45,903 nt of DNA. Source: Candidatus Falkowbacteria bacterium LH_S3 (GTDB taxonomy: Bacteria > Patescibacteriota > Patescibacteriia > Patescibacteriales > JAGXOH01). Position numbers and translations under genes: made by a program. The notes under the pieces are model-generated. The model was not told the DNA's origin. It ran no database searches and saw only the letters and a program-made list of their open reading frames with translations. Positions 29,222 to 38,607 of this stretch are shown one piece after another (the first letter of the stretch is position 1; every line of letters begins with the position of its first letter). Location: contig JAGXOH010000002.1 in assembly GCA_023659985.1 (NCBI GenBank), forward strand, positions 1 to 45,903, written 5' to 3'.

Positions 29222-29974
29222 TTGTTTTATATTTATAATTTTATGTTTGTTGAATTTTGCATTCCAGTTTATAATGAAGAACAACTATTAAAAGATAATA
29301 TTTTAAAACTTTTACGATTTTGTCAGGCGCAAAAATATATTTTTGATTGGCAGATAGTAATTATAGTTAATGGTTCTACTGACAATTCTTTGTCTATAGC
29401 TCGGTCCTTAGCTAACAGAGAGGACAAAAAAATTAAATATGTAAAGATAGAAAAACCTGGCAGAGGAAGAGCTATAAAAGAATATATTAAGCAAAGCCAA
29501 GCCGAGATTGTGGTTTATATGGATATTGATTTGGCTGTTTCGTTAAAGAACATTAAAGACGTTCTCACCCCCTTGCTTAGAAAAGAATATCATTTAGTGA
29601 TCGGCTCCAGGCTTTTGCCAGGGTCTAGCATAAAAAGAAGCTTTCTAAGAGAGTTGAGTTCCAGAATATACAATGTTTTTGCCAGCCAGATATTAAAAGA
29701 TGGAATTAAAGATCATCAGTGTGGTTTTAAAGCTGTAAGATTAAACGTTTTTAAAAATGTGGACAACCGTCTTTTAGACAATGATTGGTTTTTTGATACA
29801 GAATTAATAGCTGTTTTTGTTTTGCAAGGATATAGGGTTAAAGAAGTCCCGATTAATTGGAAGGAAAATCGGTATGATAAAAGAAAAAGTAAAGTTAATC
29901 TTTTTAATGACAGCATAAAGTTTATAATAAAATTATTGCAACTTAAAACCAGGATAAAAAAAGAAAAATTTTAA
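29222..29974 (+). CDS. GT2 glycosyltransferase (polyprenol-phosphate sugar synthase-like)
   Basis: IPVYNEE, NGSTD, GRGRAI, YMDID, IGSR, DHQCGFK, WFFDTE. Likely start is the ATG at ~29243. Confidence 0.88.
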   Translation: MFYIYNFMFVEFCIPVYNEEQLLKDNILKLLRFCQAQKYIFDWQIVIIVNGSTDNSLSIARSLANREDKKIKYVKIEKPGRGRAIKEYIKQSQAEIVVYMDIDLAVSLKNIKDVLTPLLRKEYHLVIGSRLLPGSSIKRSFLRELSSRIYNVFASQILKDGIKDHQCGFKAVRLNVFKNVDNRLLDNDWFFDTELIAVFVLQGYRVKEVPINWKENRYDKRKSKVNLFNDSIKFIIKLLQLKTRIKKEKF

Positions 29975-30007
29975 AAAAGGAAATTGTATTGACTGGCTGG
30001 CCAAGTC

Positions 30008-31459
30008 GTGATATTTTTAAGGTCGCTTTTAAAATGGGCAAGAAAGATCAGTATTGGTATGAAAATTAAAAAATTTTTAGTTAATTTCTTGATTTTTTTA
30101 TTTAAGACTTTGGCAATAGTAAAAAATATATTTGTCGCTATTTTTTATATTGTCGGCAAGCCTTTTTATGTATTTTTCAGAATAATTTTTTATAAGTTTT
30201 TGGTTAAAATTTATTGCTCTTATATTTCAATTTTAAAGAAAATAGGTTGGTATAAGTTTAAAGGAAATTTTATTTCTTTTTTAATAAATTATAGAACAGT
30301 CCATTTTGTGGTTGTCGGATTAACTTTGGTAATGGTCCTTATGAATTTAATTACTGACACTCAAATGGTCAGTGCTTCTGAACAAGCTCAGAAAACAATG
30401 ATGTCCAAATTAATATCTAGCGAATTTGGTGATAATGGCAGAGAAGAGGAGTTAACAGAGAAAACAGTGGTAGATAGTTCCCTTAATTATAATATTGATC
30501 AAAGATATTTGAATGATAGGGCTGTCTTGAAAAATCAAGGAGGTGTGGATATTGAAGCTGACCAACAATCCCAGGTTAACGAATTTGCCGGTCAAATGAT
30601 TCCGGAACAAGGAGTAATAGCCAATTCTGAAATACCGCCTTCTGATTCTGATCGAGATTTTGAACAACAACAAACAGAAAGGGATGAAGTGATAATTTAT
30701 ACAGTAAAGTCTGGGGATACGATAAGCACCATTGCTTCAAATTTCGGAATCAGTGTTAATACGATTTTATGGGAGAATAATTTAAGCGCTTATGATTTAA
30801 TTAGGCCAGGGGATGATCTTAGAATATTGCCTACTAGCGGTGTTATTCATAAAATTTCAAGTGGAGAAACTCTAAGCTATGTATCTAACAAATATGATAT
30901 ATCCGAAGATAAAATAGTTAAAGCTAACAATATAAAAGAAGCCGGTTCTTTGCAAATAGGACAAGAATTGATAATTCCAGGAGGAGAAAAGACCACCACC
31001 AAAGATAGTTCCGGGACAACTGCGAGTCAAGAAAAAAGTAATCGAGGTATTTCTGTTCTTTCTGATATAGTAAAATCGAATGATAAAAAGCAAGTTGCCA
31101 GCAACAAAATGGCTTGGCCCACTCAGGGGCATCGTATAACCCAATATTATTCTTGGCGCCATCATGGCTTGGATATAGCCAATAATGTAGGGACACCGAT
31201 TTACAGTTCAGATGCCGGTACGGTTCAATATGTGGGATGGAGTAATGGATATGGAAATAATATTATAGTTAACCATGGTGGAGGTAAGCAAACAAGATAC
31301 GCTCATTTGTCTAAATTTTATTGCAGTAAGGGAGATAGGGTTGCCAAAGGAGAAAACATCGGAGCTATGGGTAGTACTGGTTGGTCTACTGGACCCCATG
31401 TTCACTTTGAGGTTATAATAAATGGCAAAAGGTATAATCCTTTAAATTATATAAGATAG
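30008..31459 (+). CDS. LysM (x2) + M23 metallopeptidase
   Basis: YTVKSGDTISTIA, HHGLDI, TRYAHL, GSTGWSTGPHVHFEV. Confidence 0.93.
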   Translation: MIFLRSLLKWARKISIGMKIKKFLVNFLIFLFKTLAIVKNIFVAIFYIVGKPFYVFFRIIFYKFLVKIYCSYISILKKIGWYKFKGNFISFLINYRTVHFVVVGLTLVMVLMNLITDTQMVSASEQAQKTMMSKLISSEFGDNGREEELTEKTVVDSSLNYNIDQRYLNDRAVLKNQGGVDIEADQQSQVNEFAGQMIPEQGVIANSEIPPSDSDRDFEQQQTERDEVIIYTVKSGDTISTIASNFGISVNTILWENNLSAYDLIRPGDDLRILPTSGVIHKISSGETLSYVSNKYDISEDKIVKANNIKEAGSLQIGQELIIPGGEKTTTKDSSGTTASQEKSNRGISVLSDIVKSNDKKQVASNKMAWPTQGHRITQYYSWRHHGLDIANNVGTPIYSSDAGTVQYVGWSNGYGNNIIVNHGGGKQTRYAHLSKFYCSKGDRVAKGENIGAMGSTGWSTGPHVHFEVIINGKRYNPLNYIR

Positions 31460-31641
31460 AAGCTTTGAAAATCTTTTTTAGAAAAAGGTTTTCGTGTCAA
31501 CAGTTTTTTCAAAAACCTTTGATTGATTTGAATAAATATTATTTTGTTACCTTGTTGTTCTATTGCTCCATTGTTATTTTTTGGAAGCAAGCTAAGAATC
31601 CTTAGGATCAGAACAATGCGGTAATGCGGTAATAGAATTTT

Positions 31642-31881
31642 ATGAAGATAATTATCGGAGCAATTGTTATCGTATCAGGCGTTTTTCTTGTTATTAAGTC
31701 TGAGGCTATGCTAAGAATTTTTGGTAGAATTTCCTTTTTTGAAAAACATTTGGGATCAGAAGGTGGCTCCAGATTAGGGTATAAAGTCATAGGCTTTTTA
31801 GGAATTGTAATTGGATTATTGGTTATGACCAATTCTCTCAGAGGGATTATCAGAGCTATTTTCTCTTCTGTGTTCGGATAG
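31642..31881 (+). CDS. Small hypothetical membrane protein
   Basis: Two TM helices around FGRISFFEKHLGSEGGSRLGYK. Confidence 0.65.
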   Translation: MKIIIGAIVIVSGVFLVIKSEAMLRIFGRISFFEKHLGSEGGSRLGYKVIGFLGIVIGLLVMTNSLRGIIRAIFSSVFG

Positions 31882-31979
31882 CCGTTTATATAGTAATAAG
31901 TGGTTTGTATTTAGAGAATATTTTAGTTAATGTAGTGTATGTAGTGGATAATGCAAGACAAGAGATTAATTTTTAAAAT

Positions 31980-32056
31980 GGGCCGTTAGCTCAGTTGGCT
32001 AGAGCACCTGCTTTGCACGCAGGAGGTCAAGGGTTCGAGCCCCTTACGGTCCACCA
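31980..32056 (+). tRNA. tRNA-Ala(TGC)
   Basis: GGGCCGT/ACGGTCC-A-CCA, CCTGC-TT-TGC-AC-GCAGG. Confidence 0.96.
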
Positions 32057-32268
32057 ATCGCAATTTTCGCCGTTTTGGGAAAGGATTGTCTCATGGTTTT
32101 GAGCTTTAAGCTTTGACATTTAAACTTTGAAATCCAAAATCCAAAATCCTAATGCCAAATGAAATCCAAAATCCAAATGTTGTCAAACTTAAAGGCTGAA
32201 TTAACGCTTGAAATGCAACATACCTGTGGTATAAATAGTTTATTAACAATTAACCATATATCACGGGT

Positions 32269-32994
32269 ATGTATAAACATATTAAACAAAATGATCGTGT
32301 TTGTATAGCTCTAATGTTAAGACAAGCACACACAAAAACACAAATAGGTAAAGAATTGGGTTTTGATAGAAGTACAATCTCAAGAGAGATAAAGAGAAAT
32401 AGTAAAGGTAAAGATAGAATATATAAAGTTTCTTGGGCCAACAAACAAGCCAAAGATAGAAGGAAATTATCTAAAGTTAATTATCGAATAATTGATAACG
32501 ATTTAAAACTTCAACTTTCGAAAGAAGAAATAATCTCATTGATTTATGAGTATCGAAAAGCGAGCAGGGGCTGGCTTCGTTTGTATCCAGGAGTTTTCGA
32601 TGTCCTTTCAAGGCTTTCGAAAGAATATATATTGTCAACAGCAAGCCATACGCAAGGTTGTTTTACACAAATAGAATTGCAAGAGATGGATATTGAGCAA
32701 TTTTTCTCTCACTTTATATACACTTCGGATATCGGATTCCGTAAAGAGTCTGTTGATTTTTATAAAAGCGCTCTAGAAATTGTCGGAAAAAAGCCAACAG
32801 ATTGTTGGATGATTGGAGATAATTACGATGTGGATGTGCTCGTTCCGCAATCGTTAGGAATAAAAGCGGTTTGGTTAAAAAATCCCGCCACGAGCGATAG
32901 ATACGCCGAATATATTAAGGGGCGAAAACCGCAAAATAGTATTGACCTTGAGAATATTAGAGAGCTACCGGATTTAATTGACTCCATAGTATAA
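32269..32994 (+). pseudogene. Chimera of IS30 transposase N-terminal HTH and N-truncated HAD hydrolase
   Basis: aa1-82 IGKELGFDRSTISREIKRN. Remainder has GFRKE and MIGDNYDVDV but lacks HAD motif I. Confidence 0.75.
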
Positions 32995-33026
32995 TTAATT
33001 TACCGACAATGGGAATATAAAATAAA

Positions 33027-33614
33027 ATGATTGATTTCAAAAATATAAAAGCAATTGCGTTCGACTTCTGGGGAGTATTTGCCGAAATGAATCCACCCAT
33101 GTACGAATATATGAAGCAACACAACATTTTACTGGAGAAATATTCGGAAAAAATTCACGAGCTTATTGTAGCGTATGACCTTAACAATCTTACCGAACAA
33201 CAGTTCCTGAAAGAATGTTCGAAAATAATAGGACTTGAAATTCCATATCCATTATGCCGTTATATATATCATGAAGACGTTTTGAACGAAAATTTAATCG
33301 CCGTTGTTAAAAAATTAAAAGAAAGATTTAAGATTGCTCTATTGTCAAATAACAACAAAGAATATTGCGAGGAGTATTTGTTTCGGCCTGGGCTCGATAA
33401 GTTTTTTGATATTATGGTTATTTCATACCAAGTTGGCTATCGCAAGCCGGCTCCGGAAATTTATCAGATTTTAATCAAAAAGCTAAATCTAAGACCAGAA
33501 GAAATTTTATTCGTTGATGACGACCCAACGAAACTTCCAGCTGCGGAGGCACAAGGAATTAAAACGCTTGTTTACAAATGCGGAGAAACAGATAGAATAT
33601 TGTTGAGTTTGTAA
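33027..33614 (+). CDS. HAD-IA family phosphatase
   Basis: AFDFWGVF, LLSNN, RKPAPEIY, LFVDD. Confidence 0.88.
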   Translation: MIDFKNIKAIAFDFWGVFAEMNPPMYEYMKQHNILLEKYSEKIHELIVAYDLNNLTEQQFLKECSKIIGLEIPYPLCRYIYHEDVLNENLIAVVKKLKERFKIALLSNNNKEYCEEYLFRPGLDKFFDIMVISYQVGYRKPAPEIYQILIKKLNLRPEEILFVDDDPTKLPAAEAQGIKTLVYKCGETDRILLSL

Positions 33615-33875
33615 CGGCGCGCCCGCGAAGCGGGTCGAAAGCGAGGGCGGGCAAAAATTCCTTCCCCTCAACCCCCTTCCTTTTTGTCCGCCCGAGCGTT
33701 CAGTTTCGGTTCTGCCGTCCCGCCAAAGGCAGGAGCAATCAGTCGGGATTTTGTTCAAAATGAGTTCTGACTTTTTCCAACAAACACCACCAATCGCAAT
33801 TTTCGCCGTTTTGGGAAAGGATTGCCTCGTGGTTTTGCCGCTCGGCATTCGGTCTTTACGCCTTGCGCAAAGCCA

Positions 33876-34161
33876 TAAAATCCAAATGTTGTCAAACTTA
33901 AAGCTTAAAATTAAAAGCTAAAAATTACAACTTAAATCTTAAAATTAAAAGTTCAAATACTTAATAAAATCCTAATGTCAAATGTCAAAGCTCAAATGTC
34001 AAATGAAGATCAAATGACTAAATGTCATATTTAATGTCAAAACTTAAAGCTAAAAACTAAAAACTACAACTCAAAACTTAAAATTTCTTACTTCTTACTT
34101 CTTACTTTTTATCTCTTATTTCTTAACAATGTTTTAATTCAGTTTTAAATTTTGACTTTTG
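33876..34161. repeat. 7-mer mosaic tract
   Basis: AATGTCA/AAAACTA/TTCTTAC units with blocks shared with 18830-19175 and 38075-38500. Confidence 0.75.
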
Positions 34162-34280
34162 GTTTTGCGTTTTGAACGGCGATTCCCTTTCCCCTTGAGT
34201 CCCTTTTCCTCGCCGCAGCCGCCTTCGCATTGCTCGCCCCGCCATTCGGCGGGGCTCGCTCTTTTTCAAAAAATTCCTTC
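34162..34280. repeat. Left 119-bp GC-rich inverted repeat
   Basis: Reverse complement of 37972-38090, with 5 mismatches by manual alignment. Confidence 0.92.
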
Positions 34281-34360
34281 AGGGATTTCTTAATCTATTT
34301 ACTATTTCTTCATTTTTTAATATACTCTAAGAAATAGAGTAAATATTTATTAACTTTTAT

Positions 34361-34597
34361 ATGTGTATTAATATTCCGGGTAAAGTTATTTTAATAAAAG
34401 AGGAAAATGCCAAAATAAAACAAAGGGGGCATTTTCATTGGGTAGACATCTCTTCACTTAAAGATGAGGTTAAAAAAGGAGATTATTTGCTTACTTATCA
34501 AGAGGCAGCAATTAACAAAATCTCTCCAAAAAATGCCAAGGAGATTTTAAGACTAATGGACAGCACAAGTGATGCAGGGGTCAAATGCTCTAATTAA
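34361..34597 (+). CDS. hypC: HypC/HybG/HupF hydrogenase chaperone
   Basis: MCINIPGKV N-terminus, VKKGDYLL, AINKIS...AKEIL. Confidence 0.85.
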   Translation: MCINIPGKVILIKEENAKIKQRGHFHWVDISSLKDEVKKGDYLLTYQEAAINKISPKNAKEILRLMDSTSDAGVKCSN

Positions 34598-36250
34598 TTG
34601 CTCAACTTGCTTTTTTATTTGCAGAGGTGGAACTCCTTCTCTTTTTTTAACCAATTCTTGAGTCTCTTTCTCTAAAGAAGCTAAGTTAATTTGGGTTGGG
34701 GGGATAATATTGTAATCAATTATTTTTCCTTGAGAATCAATCTTTATTTGGTGGAATAGAATACCTCTGGGAGCTTCCAAACATGCACTACCAGAAAGCT
34801 TTTTTGATGGAAGGTTTTCTTTTTCAATTCCTTTTGATTTTTTCAAATCTTTTTCTGATATTTCTTCAATCAAATTTATTGTTTCCTCGAGGAAATGCAA
34901 AATCTCAATTGCTTGGGCTAAATTATTGTTAAAAGGATTATTGAGGTCAGGTTGAAGTTCTTGGAAGGCCTTCTTAGCTTTTGGGTTAAGAACTTTAGAA
35001 AAATGGCTGAGTCGGGATAGGGCTCCAACTTTTATTATTTCTCCTTTTTTTAAAATTCCTAGTTTTGCGGAAGAATCTTTTCTTACAATTTCTTTAATTG
35101 ATTTGGAAAAATTGCCAGGGTAAGAGGGGTAAAAACCTTGGACGGGAGTAATAGTTTCAAGCCGGCTATTAACCTTTAAGCTTGGAGTTTCAAGAGTTGA
35201 GAAAAGCTTTATTAAATCTTGGGCTTCATCAATAACTTCAAAAATTGAATTTCTAATTACTAAAAGCTCATCCATTTTTGGGGGAGTCCTAAATCCTCCT
35301 AATATTGTATTGGAGGGAAAAGCAGAAGATCCGCCAACAACTTCTAATATATTATCGGACACTTTTTTTAAGTTCAGCATTAAATGAAATTCAGCTGGAT
35401 ACTTTTTACAGAGTTCAACTGAGCCTTTAACGCCAGCATAATCTGGCAGAACTAAAAAGAAAAGATGTAAAAGGTGGCTTTTGAGAATTTGACTAGCCAG
35501 AAGAATTTTTCTTAAAATTGTTGTTTCTTGGGAAATTTTAACTCCTAAGGCGTCCTCCAGAGCAGACCAAGAACAAAGATTGTGAGCTACTGGACAAATC
35601 CCACAGATGCGAGAAGTATTAAAAGGAGCTTGTTGAAAATTCTGGCCCAAAACTAATCCCTCAACCAATCTTTCGCTTTCCTCGACTTCAAACTTAACCC
35701 TTTGTTCTTTAAAATTAATCTTTAAAACTCCGTGCCCTTCAATTTTAGCAGTGAAGTCAGGAAGAGTAATTTTTTTGATTTTTGAAACATTTTTTTCTTT
35801 CTTAATTTTTTCTAAAAGTTTTTTAACGAGTTCAATATCCGGCGGGCATCCAGGAATTTTTTCATCTACTCTAATAAATTTTTCTACTGGTTCTAAAAAT
35901 TTTGCCTTTAACTGGTAATTTTTATCATAGATTTTTGCAGCAAGTTTTTTTCTTTTTCCTTTGGATAATTGGGCAAAAATATTTCCAGAAATTGCGCAAG
36001 CTCCTAAAGCGACAACAATTTTTGAAGTTTCTCTAATTTGCTTGAGTAAATTAATCTGCTCTTTGGTAGTAACTGCTCCTTCTATAAAAGCAATGTCAAA
36101 ATTAGCGGGTTTTTTTTCTGAAAGCAATCGCCAATTAGTTATTTCAAAATCCTGAAAGAATTCGAGTAAAAGTTCGTCTAAGGAAAGAAGATGAAATTCA
36201 CATCCCTCACATCCAGTAAGGTCAAAAATTGCGATTTTTGTCTTTGTCAT
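34553..36250 (-). CDS. Fused [NiFe]-hydrogenase small (proximal-cluster) + large subunit, group-3-like
   Basis: LTGCEGC, FIEGAV, GACA, IPGCPP, then KIEGHG, L1 SRICGICPVAH, EAPRG.LFH, L2 AFDPCITCAVH-stop. Confidence 0.92.
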   Translation of the reverse strand: MTKTKIAIFDLTGCEGCEFHLLSLDELLLEFFQDFEITNWRLLSEKKPANFDIAFIEGAVTTKEQINLLKQIRETSKIVVALGACAISGNIFAQLSKGKRKKLAAKIYDKNYQLKAKFLEPVEKFIRVDEKIPGCPPDIELVKKLLEKIKKEKNVSKIKKITLPDFTAKIEGHGVLKINFKEQRVKFEVEESERLVEGLVLGQNFQQAPFNTSRICGICPVAHNLCSWSALEDALGVKISQETTILRKILLASQILKSHLLHLFFLVLPDYAGVKGSVELCKKYPAEFHLMLNLKKVSDNILEVVGGSSAFPSNTILGGFRTPPKMDELLVIRNSIFEVIDEAQDLIKLFSTLETPSLKVNSRLETITPVQGFYPSYPGNFSKSIKEIVRKDSSAKLGILKKGEIIKVGALSRLSHFSKVLNPKAKKAFQELQPDLNNPFNNNLAQAIEILHFLEETINLIEEISEKDLKKSKGIEKENLPSKKLSGSACLEAPRGILFHQIKIDSQGKIIDYNIIPPTQINLASLEKETQELVKKREGVPPLQIKKQVEQLIRAFDPCITCAVH

Positions 36251-36336
36251 ATTATATTCATTTTATCATCTATGGAGATATTTTTCCAACTTTGCTATAC
36301 TAAAAAAAGAAGTGAAATTTAATCGAAAATAAACTT

Positions 36337-37245
36337 ATGAGAAAAGGCTATTTTTTAGTTTTTGTAACCGCCCTTATTTCCGGATTTGCTATTTTTATTA
36401 ATAAATTTGGAGTAAGTGTAGTTAATCCTGATATTTACACTTTCTTGAGAGTCTTAACTGTTGCTATTTTCTTAACCGGCTTGCTTTTATTTTTGAAAGA
36501 TTGGCAGACATTAAAGAATCTAACTGGAAAACAATGGCTCTTATTAATTACAATTGGTTTGGTTGGTGGAAGCATTCCTTTTTTACTCTTCTTCAAAGGG
36601 ATTTCTATAACCAATGCTGCTCAAGGCTCCTTTATTCATAAAACAATGTTTATTTGGGTGGCAATTTTAGCAACTTTGTTTTTGAAGGAAAAAATTGAAA
36701 AAAAATTCTTGTTGGGCGGATTGTTCTTACTCTTGGGGAATCTAATCTTATTAGAAAAATTACCTCATTCATTTAATCAAGGAGATTTATTAGTTTTTTT
36801 AGCTAGTTTGCTTTGGGCTACAGAAAATACGATTTCAAAATATGTCTTAAGAGATTTGGGAGGCAGAATTGTTGCCTGGGCAAGGATGTTTTTCGGCGCT
36901 TTATTTATTTTGATATTCTTGTTGGCAACCAATCAATTTCCTTTAATTTCTGGTCTTACATTAGGACAGATTAATTGGGTTTTAATAACAGCAGTTATTC
37001 TATTTGGTTATGTAATGACCTGGTATAGTGGTTTGAAATTTATCCCGGTTTCTCAGGCAACAGCAATTTTACTCCTTGGTTCCCCGATAACCACTTTATT
37101 GTCATTTATTCAGACGGGGCAAGTAAGTTTTCAAGAAATTTTTTCCGGCTTCTTCATTATTTTAGGAATACTTCTAGTTTTTGGATTAAAAGAAGTGTGG
37201 CGTTTATTCAAGGAATTTAAAAAACTATTTTATGTCTGGACTTAA
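36337..37245 (+). CDS. DMT/EamA family transporter
   Basis: About 10 TM segments in two repeats, with LATLFLKEKI. Confidence 0.85.
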   Translation: MRKGYFLVFVTALISGFAIFINKFGVSVVNPDIYTFLRVLTVAIFLTGLLLFLKDWQTLKNLTGKQWLLLITIGLVGGSIPFLLFFKGISITNAAQGSFIHKTMFIWVAILATLFLKEKIEKKFLLGGLFLLLGNLILLEKLPHSFNQGDLLVFLASLLWATENTISKYVLRDLGGRIVAWARMFFGALFILIFLLATNQFPLISGLTLGQINWVLITAVILFGYVMTWYSGLKFIPVSQATAILLLGSPITTLLSFIQTGQVSFQEIFSGFFIILGILLVFGLKEVWRLFKEFKKLFYVWT

Positions 37246-37972
37246 GTTGGCAGCTCTTTGTGGATTTTATCCCCACAAACTTGGTTTTTGCGGACTTCAA
37301 GAAAACTCAGCGAAGAAAAACCTTTTGAGTTATCTTTCTGGAGAAAAAATCCCTGAGCAAAAAATCAGAAAAATTTTAGAAACTTTTAAAGGAGCTTTTT
37401 CTTATTATAAATTAATTGCTAAAAGTAATGGAATTGAAGACCCTTTTGATGAAAAAGTAGTTAAGGCTTACTGGTTTGGCAATCAACTTTTAGAAAAGGT
37501 TCCGGTTGATTCCCTAAAAGAGATGATTATCAAAGAGTTCGTCGGACCTGGTTTTCTTTCAAAAAAAATGGCTGAGAAAAAAGCCAGAGAAATCTCTTTT
37601 ACCTCAAAAGCCCATCACAGTTTCCATGTTCTAGTTATAGGTTCGGTGAGTGGTCGGATAATGCTTGAGGGTAAGTTGTTAGATCTTTGTCGGATTGCTT
37701 GGGGAAAGGTAATAGGATACAAAAAGGGGGAAACAGAAAATGCAAATAAGATAATTATTGAATATCACCCCCTCCAAAAGAAAAGAGGGAAATATTCTTT
37801 AGGAGGACCAATCCATAAAATTGTGTTTTGGGAGAAAAAATTTATACCAGAGATTAAAATCGGAGATAAAGTGGCGATTCATTGGAATCATATTGTGCAA
37901 ATTCTTGATGCAAAAGATTTAATCAATCTCAAAAAATACACTCAAATTACAATAGATTCTCTAAATAGTTAG
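37232..37972 (+). CDS. DUF6390-like protein
   Basis: P..LGFCG, IEDPFDEKVVKAYW.GN, AHHSFHVL, CRIAWG, GDKVAIHW (HypC-like tail). Family recalled, not searched. Confidence 0.75.
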   Translation: MSGLKLAALCGFYPHKLGFCGLQENSAKKNLLSYLSGEKIPEQKIRKILETFKGAFSYYKLIAKSNGIEDPFDEKVVKAYWFGNQLLEKVPVDSLKEMIIKEFVGPGFLSKKMAEKKAREISFTSKAHHSFHVLVIGSVSGRIMLEGKLLDLCRIAWGKVIGYKKGETENANKIIIEYHPLQKKRGKYSLGGPIHKIVFWEKKFIPEIKIGDKVAIHWNHIVQILDAKDLINLKKYTQITIDSLNS

Positions 37973-38090
37973 AAGGAATTTTTTGAAAAAGAGTGAGCCC
38001 AGCCGAATGGCGGGGCGAGCAATGCGGAGGCGGCTGCGGCGAGGAAAAGGGGTTCAAGGGGAAAGGGAATCGCCGTTCAAAACGCAAAAC
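37972..38090. repeat. Right 119-bp GC-rich inverted repeat
   Basis: Mirror of 34162-34280. Starts at the stop codon of the DUF6390-like gene. Confidence 0.92.
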
Positions 38091-38500
38091 TCAAAGTTAA
38101 AAACGCAAAACCAAAAATTAAATGAAATCCAAAATCCAAAAAATATGATTGAAACGCAAAACTCAAAGTTAAAAACGCAAAACCAAAAGTCAAAACTTAA
38201 AACCAAAAATTAAATGAAATCCAAAATCCAAATGCCAAATGAAATCCAAATGACAAAGCTCAAATACTTAATAAAATCCAAATGACATACAATAAAATCC
38301 TAATGACAAAATCCTAATGTCAAATGAAGGTCAAATGACTAAATGACAAATGACAAAGCTTAAAACTTAAAGCTCAAAATTTAAAACCAAAAATTAAATG
38401 AAATCCAAAATCCAAATGCCAAATGAAATATAGTTGAAACTCAAAGCTTAAAATTAAAAGCTCAAAATTTAAAACTGAATTAAAATATCGTTCAGAAATT
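38091..38500. repeat. 7-mer mosaic tract
   Basis: CGCAAAA/AAATCCA/AATGACA units with internal duplications. Confidence 0.75.
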
Positions 38501-38607
38501 TTAAGATTTAAGTGTTACAATTGAAACTAAATAGATATATTGAACGCAAAAAAATTAATAATTTTGTATCATCAACCATACATATATAAAATAATTAGAA
38601 AAAATAG

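Larger units (their letters stand above)
32051..33837. mobile_element. Degenerate island at tRNA-Ala 3' end bounded by 51-bp direct repeats
   Basis: CCACCAATCGCAATTTTCGCCGTTTTGGGAAAGGATTGYCTCRTGGTTTTG at 32051-32101 and 33787-33837 (2 mismatches). Confidence 0.8.

Noticed and set aside
33507..33848. 113-aa minus-strand ORF
   Set aside because: Runs through GC-rich repeat DNA and antisense to the HAD gene. The meaningful relic is in a different frame.
37983..38213. 76-aa ORF with repetitive KTQNSK
   Set aside because: Translation of the inverted repeat and 7-mer tract.
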